NCBI GenBank assembly: GCA_012862495.1
Contig: BLSG01000106.1
Coordinates: forward strand, 1-41,754
Reading direction: 5' to 3'
Length of the DNA: 41,754 bases
DNA from: Thraustochytrium aureum
Lineage: Eukaryota
The number at the start of each line of letters is the position of its first letter. The first letter of the stretch is position 1. Positions 40,095 to 41,754 of the stretch are shown piece by piece. The position numbers and the translations under genes are program-made. A model generated the notes under the pieces. That model saw only the letters and a program-made list of their open reading frames with translations. It did not search any database and had not been told where the DNA came from.

Positions 40095-41660
40095 TCACAT
40101 CTTGGACATGATGAAGAGGCCCGCCGCGCCAGCGCTGGCCGCAAGGAGCAGCTTCTTGGTGCGCGGGTTGAGGCCCTCCGCGGCGGCAAAGCTCCTCAGC
40201 GCCTTGGCCTTCCCGTCCGAGTACGGCGGGTAGCGGATCCCCGGGTCGATCCAGGTCGAGCGGTACATGACGCTGCGCTTGTGCGACATCTCCTTAAAGC
40301 CGTGCTCGCCGTGGTAGCCGCCCATGCCCGAGGTCCCAACGCCACCAAAGGGCAGGTACGGGTTCGTGATGTGGAAGAGCGTGTCGTTGACGCACACGCC
40401 GCCGGACTGCGTGTTGCCAAGCACGAGATCGCACACCGCCTGGTCCTCAGCGAAGCAGTAGAGCGCGAGCGGGTGCGGGCGCGCCGTGATAAAGTCGATC
40501 GCGTCCTGGGGCCCAGACACAGTGATGATGGGCAGGACCGGGCCGAAGATCTCCTCGGTCATGAGCGGCGAGTCCGGCTTGGGGTTGAGGATGAGCGTGG
40601 GCGGGATGTACTTTTGGGAGCGGTCCGCGAGGTTGAGGCCGCCGTAGATGACCTCGCCCCCGTGCGAGGCCGGATCGAGCAGGCGCGAGATCCGGTCAAA
40701 GTGGCGCTCGTTGACAATGCGGCCAAAGCTGTCGCTGGTCGAGGCGTCTGGCCCAAAGAACTGCTTGATGGTGGCAATGAGCTCGTTTGCGAGCGGCTTG
40801 GCGACGTCCTTGTGCACGAGGATGTGGTCGGGGGCGATGCAGGTCTGCCCGTTGTTGAGGAACTTGCCGCCCAGGATGCGCTTGGCCGTGACGGACAGCG
40901 AGCACGACTTGTCGACGTAGGTGGGGGACTTGCCGCCGAGCTCGAGCGTGATGGGGGTGAGGTGCTTGGCGGCGGCCGTGGCCACGATGCGGCCCACGGC
41001 TCCGTTGCCCGTGTAGATGATGTGGTCGAAGGGCAGGCGGAGGAGGGCCGTGGTCTCCGGCACGGCGCCCTGCACGACCTTGACGCACTCGGTGTCCATG
41101 TACTTGCTGACGATGGACTCGATAACGGCGGCGCAGTTGGGGGCCACTTCGGAGGGCTTGGTCACGACGCAGTTGCCGGCGGAGATGGCGGCGAGCATGG
41201 ACATGAAGGCCAGGTTGATCGGGTAGTTCCACGGCGCCAGGTTGAGCACGACGCCCTTGGGCACGTAGTCGATCTGGCTGCTGCCGGGCTGGACCAGGAG
41301 CGGGTGCCAGACCTTGTCGGGGGCGACCCAGTCGTCGATGTTCTCCAGCATGTGGTCGGCCTCCTGGATCACGCTGATGGCCTCGGCCAGGACGCCCTCC
41401 ATGTCGTGGCGTCCCAGGTCGGCCTTGAGCGCGGCGCAGATGGCGTCCATCTGCTCAACAAACCCGGTCCTGATCGCCTTGATCTGCGCCTTGCGCCACT
41501 CGACCGACTTGGTCTTGCCCGTCATAAACACCGCACGGACCTGCTGCACCATGCCCGCGAACTCCTGCTCCAGCGCGTCCACGTCGACCTCGCTCGAGTG
41601 CTGGCTCGCAGCGACCACCATGCCAGCCTCATGCTTGGCGTGTCCGCCCACAGCCGCCAT
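40095..41660 (-). CDS. ALDH3: Aldehyde dehydrogenase family 3 (fatty aldehyde dehydrogenase-like)
   Basis: PWNYP, KPSE, YTGNGAVG, TLELGGKSP, NNGQTCIAPD (catalytic Cys), EEIFGP, PFGGVGTSGMGGYHG and RYPPY, followed by a hydrophobic tail. Confidence 0.95.
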   Translation of the reverse strand: MAAVGGHAKHEAGMVVAASQHSSEVDVDALEQEFAGMVQQVRAVFMTGKTKSVEWRKAQIKAIRTGFVEQMDAICAALKADLGRHDMEGVLAEAISVIQEADHMLENIDDWVAPDKVWHPLLVQPGSSQIDYVPKGVVLNLAPWNYPINLAFMSMLAAISAGNCVVTKPSEVAPNCAAVIESIVSKYMDTECVKVVQGAVPETTALLRLPFDHIIYTGNGAVGRIVATAAAKHLTPITLELGGKSPTYVDKSCSLSVTAKRILGGKFLNNGQTCIAPDHILVHKDVAKPLANELIATIKQFFGPDASTSDSFGRIVNERHFDRISRLLDPASHGGEVIYGGLNLADRSQKYIPPTLILNPKPDSPLMTEEIFGPVLPIITVSGPQDAIDFITARPHPLALYCFAEDQAVCDLVLGNTQSGGVCVNDTLFHITNPYLPFGGVGTSGMGGYHGEHGFKEMSHKRSVMYRSTWIDPGIRYPPYSDGKAKALRSFAAAEGLNPRTKKLLLAASAGAAGLFIMSKM

Positions 41661-41754
41661 CCTCTCGACCGTCCCACCCGCCCAAAAAAATCCACCAGTC
41701 CGCCGCCGAAGACAGGTCGCTCAAGCCCTCCGCGGCTTTCAGGTTCGCGGCTTT

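Overview
GC-rich, intron-poor eukaryotic scaffold using the standard genetic code. Gene content and style suggest a flagellated protist, possibly a thraustochytrid or other stramenopile, but this is inference only. The window has nine N-gaps and many single-base frameshifts, mostly at short homopolymers, which look like sequencing errors. In order it contains: the 3' end of a coiled-coil gene; three tandem paralogues of a signal-peptide + PA-like ectodomain + 7TM protein; a Q-rich AP2-domain transcription factor; ETFRF1/LYRM5; TBCC; a kinesin-fold protein lacking catalytic motifs; tRNA-Thr(AGT); a >2100 aa ARM-like protein; an FSIP1-like gene; a double DJ-1/PfpI-like gene; VMP1; a multi-domain PIP5K; and an ALDH3-type aldehyde dehydrogenase. 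The most notable observations are a 21-bp inverted repeat bracketing the first 7TM paralogue, a gene-conversion-like mosaic among the 7TM paralogues, a CxxC-CxxC zinc ribbon inserted in the PIP5K activation loop, and the pseudo-kinesin.
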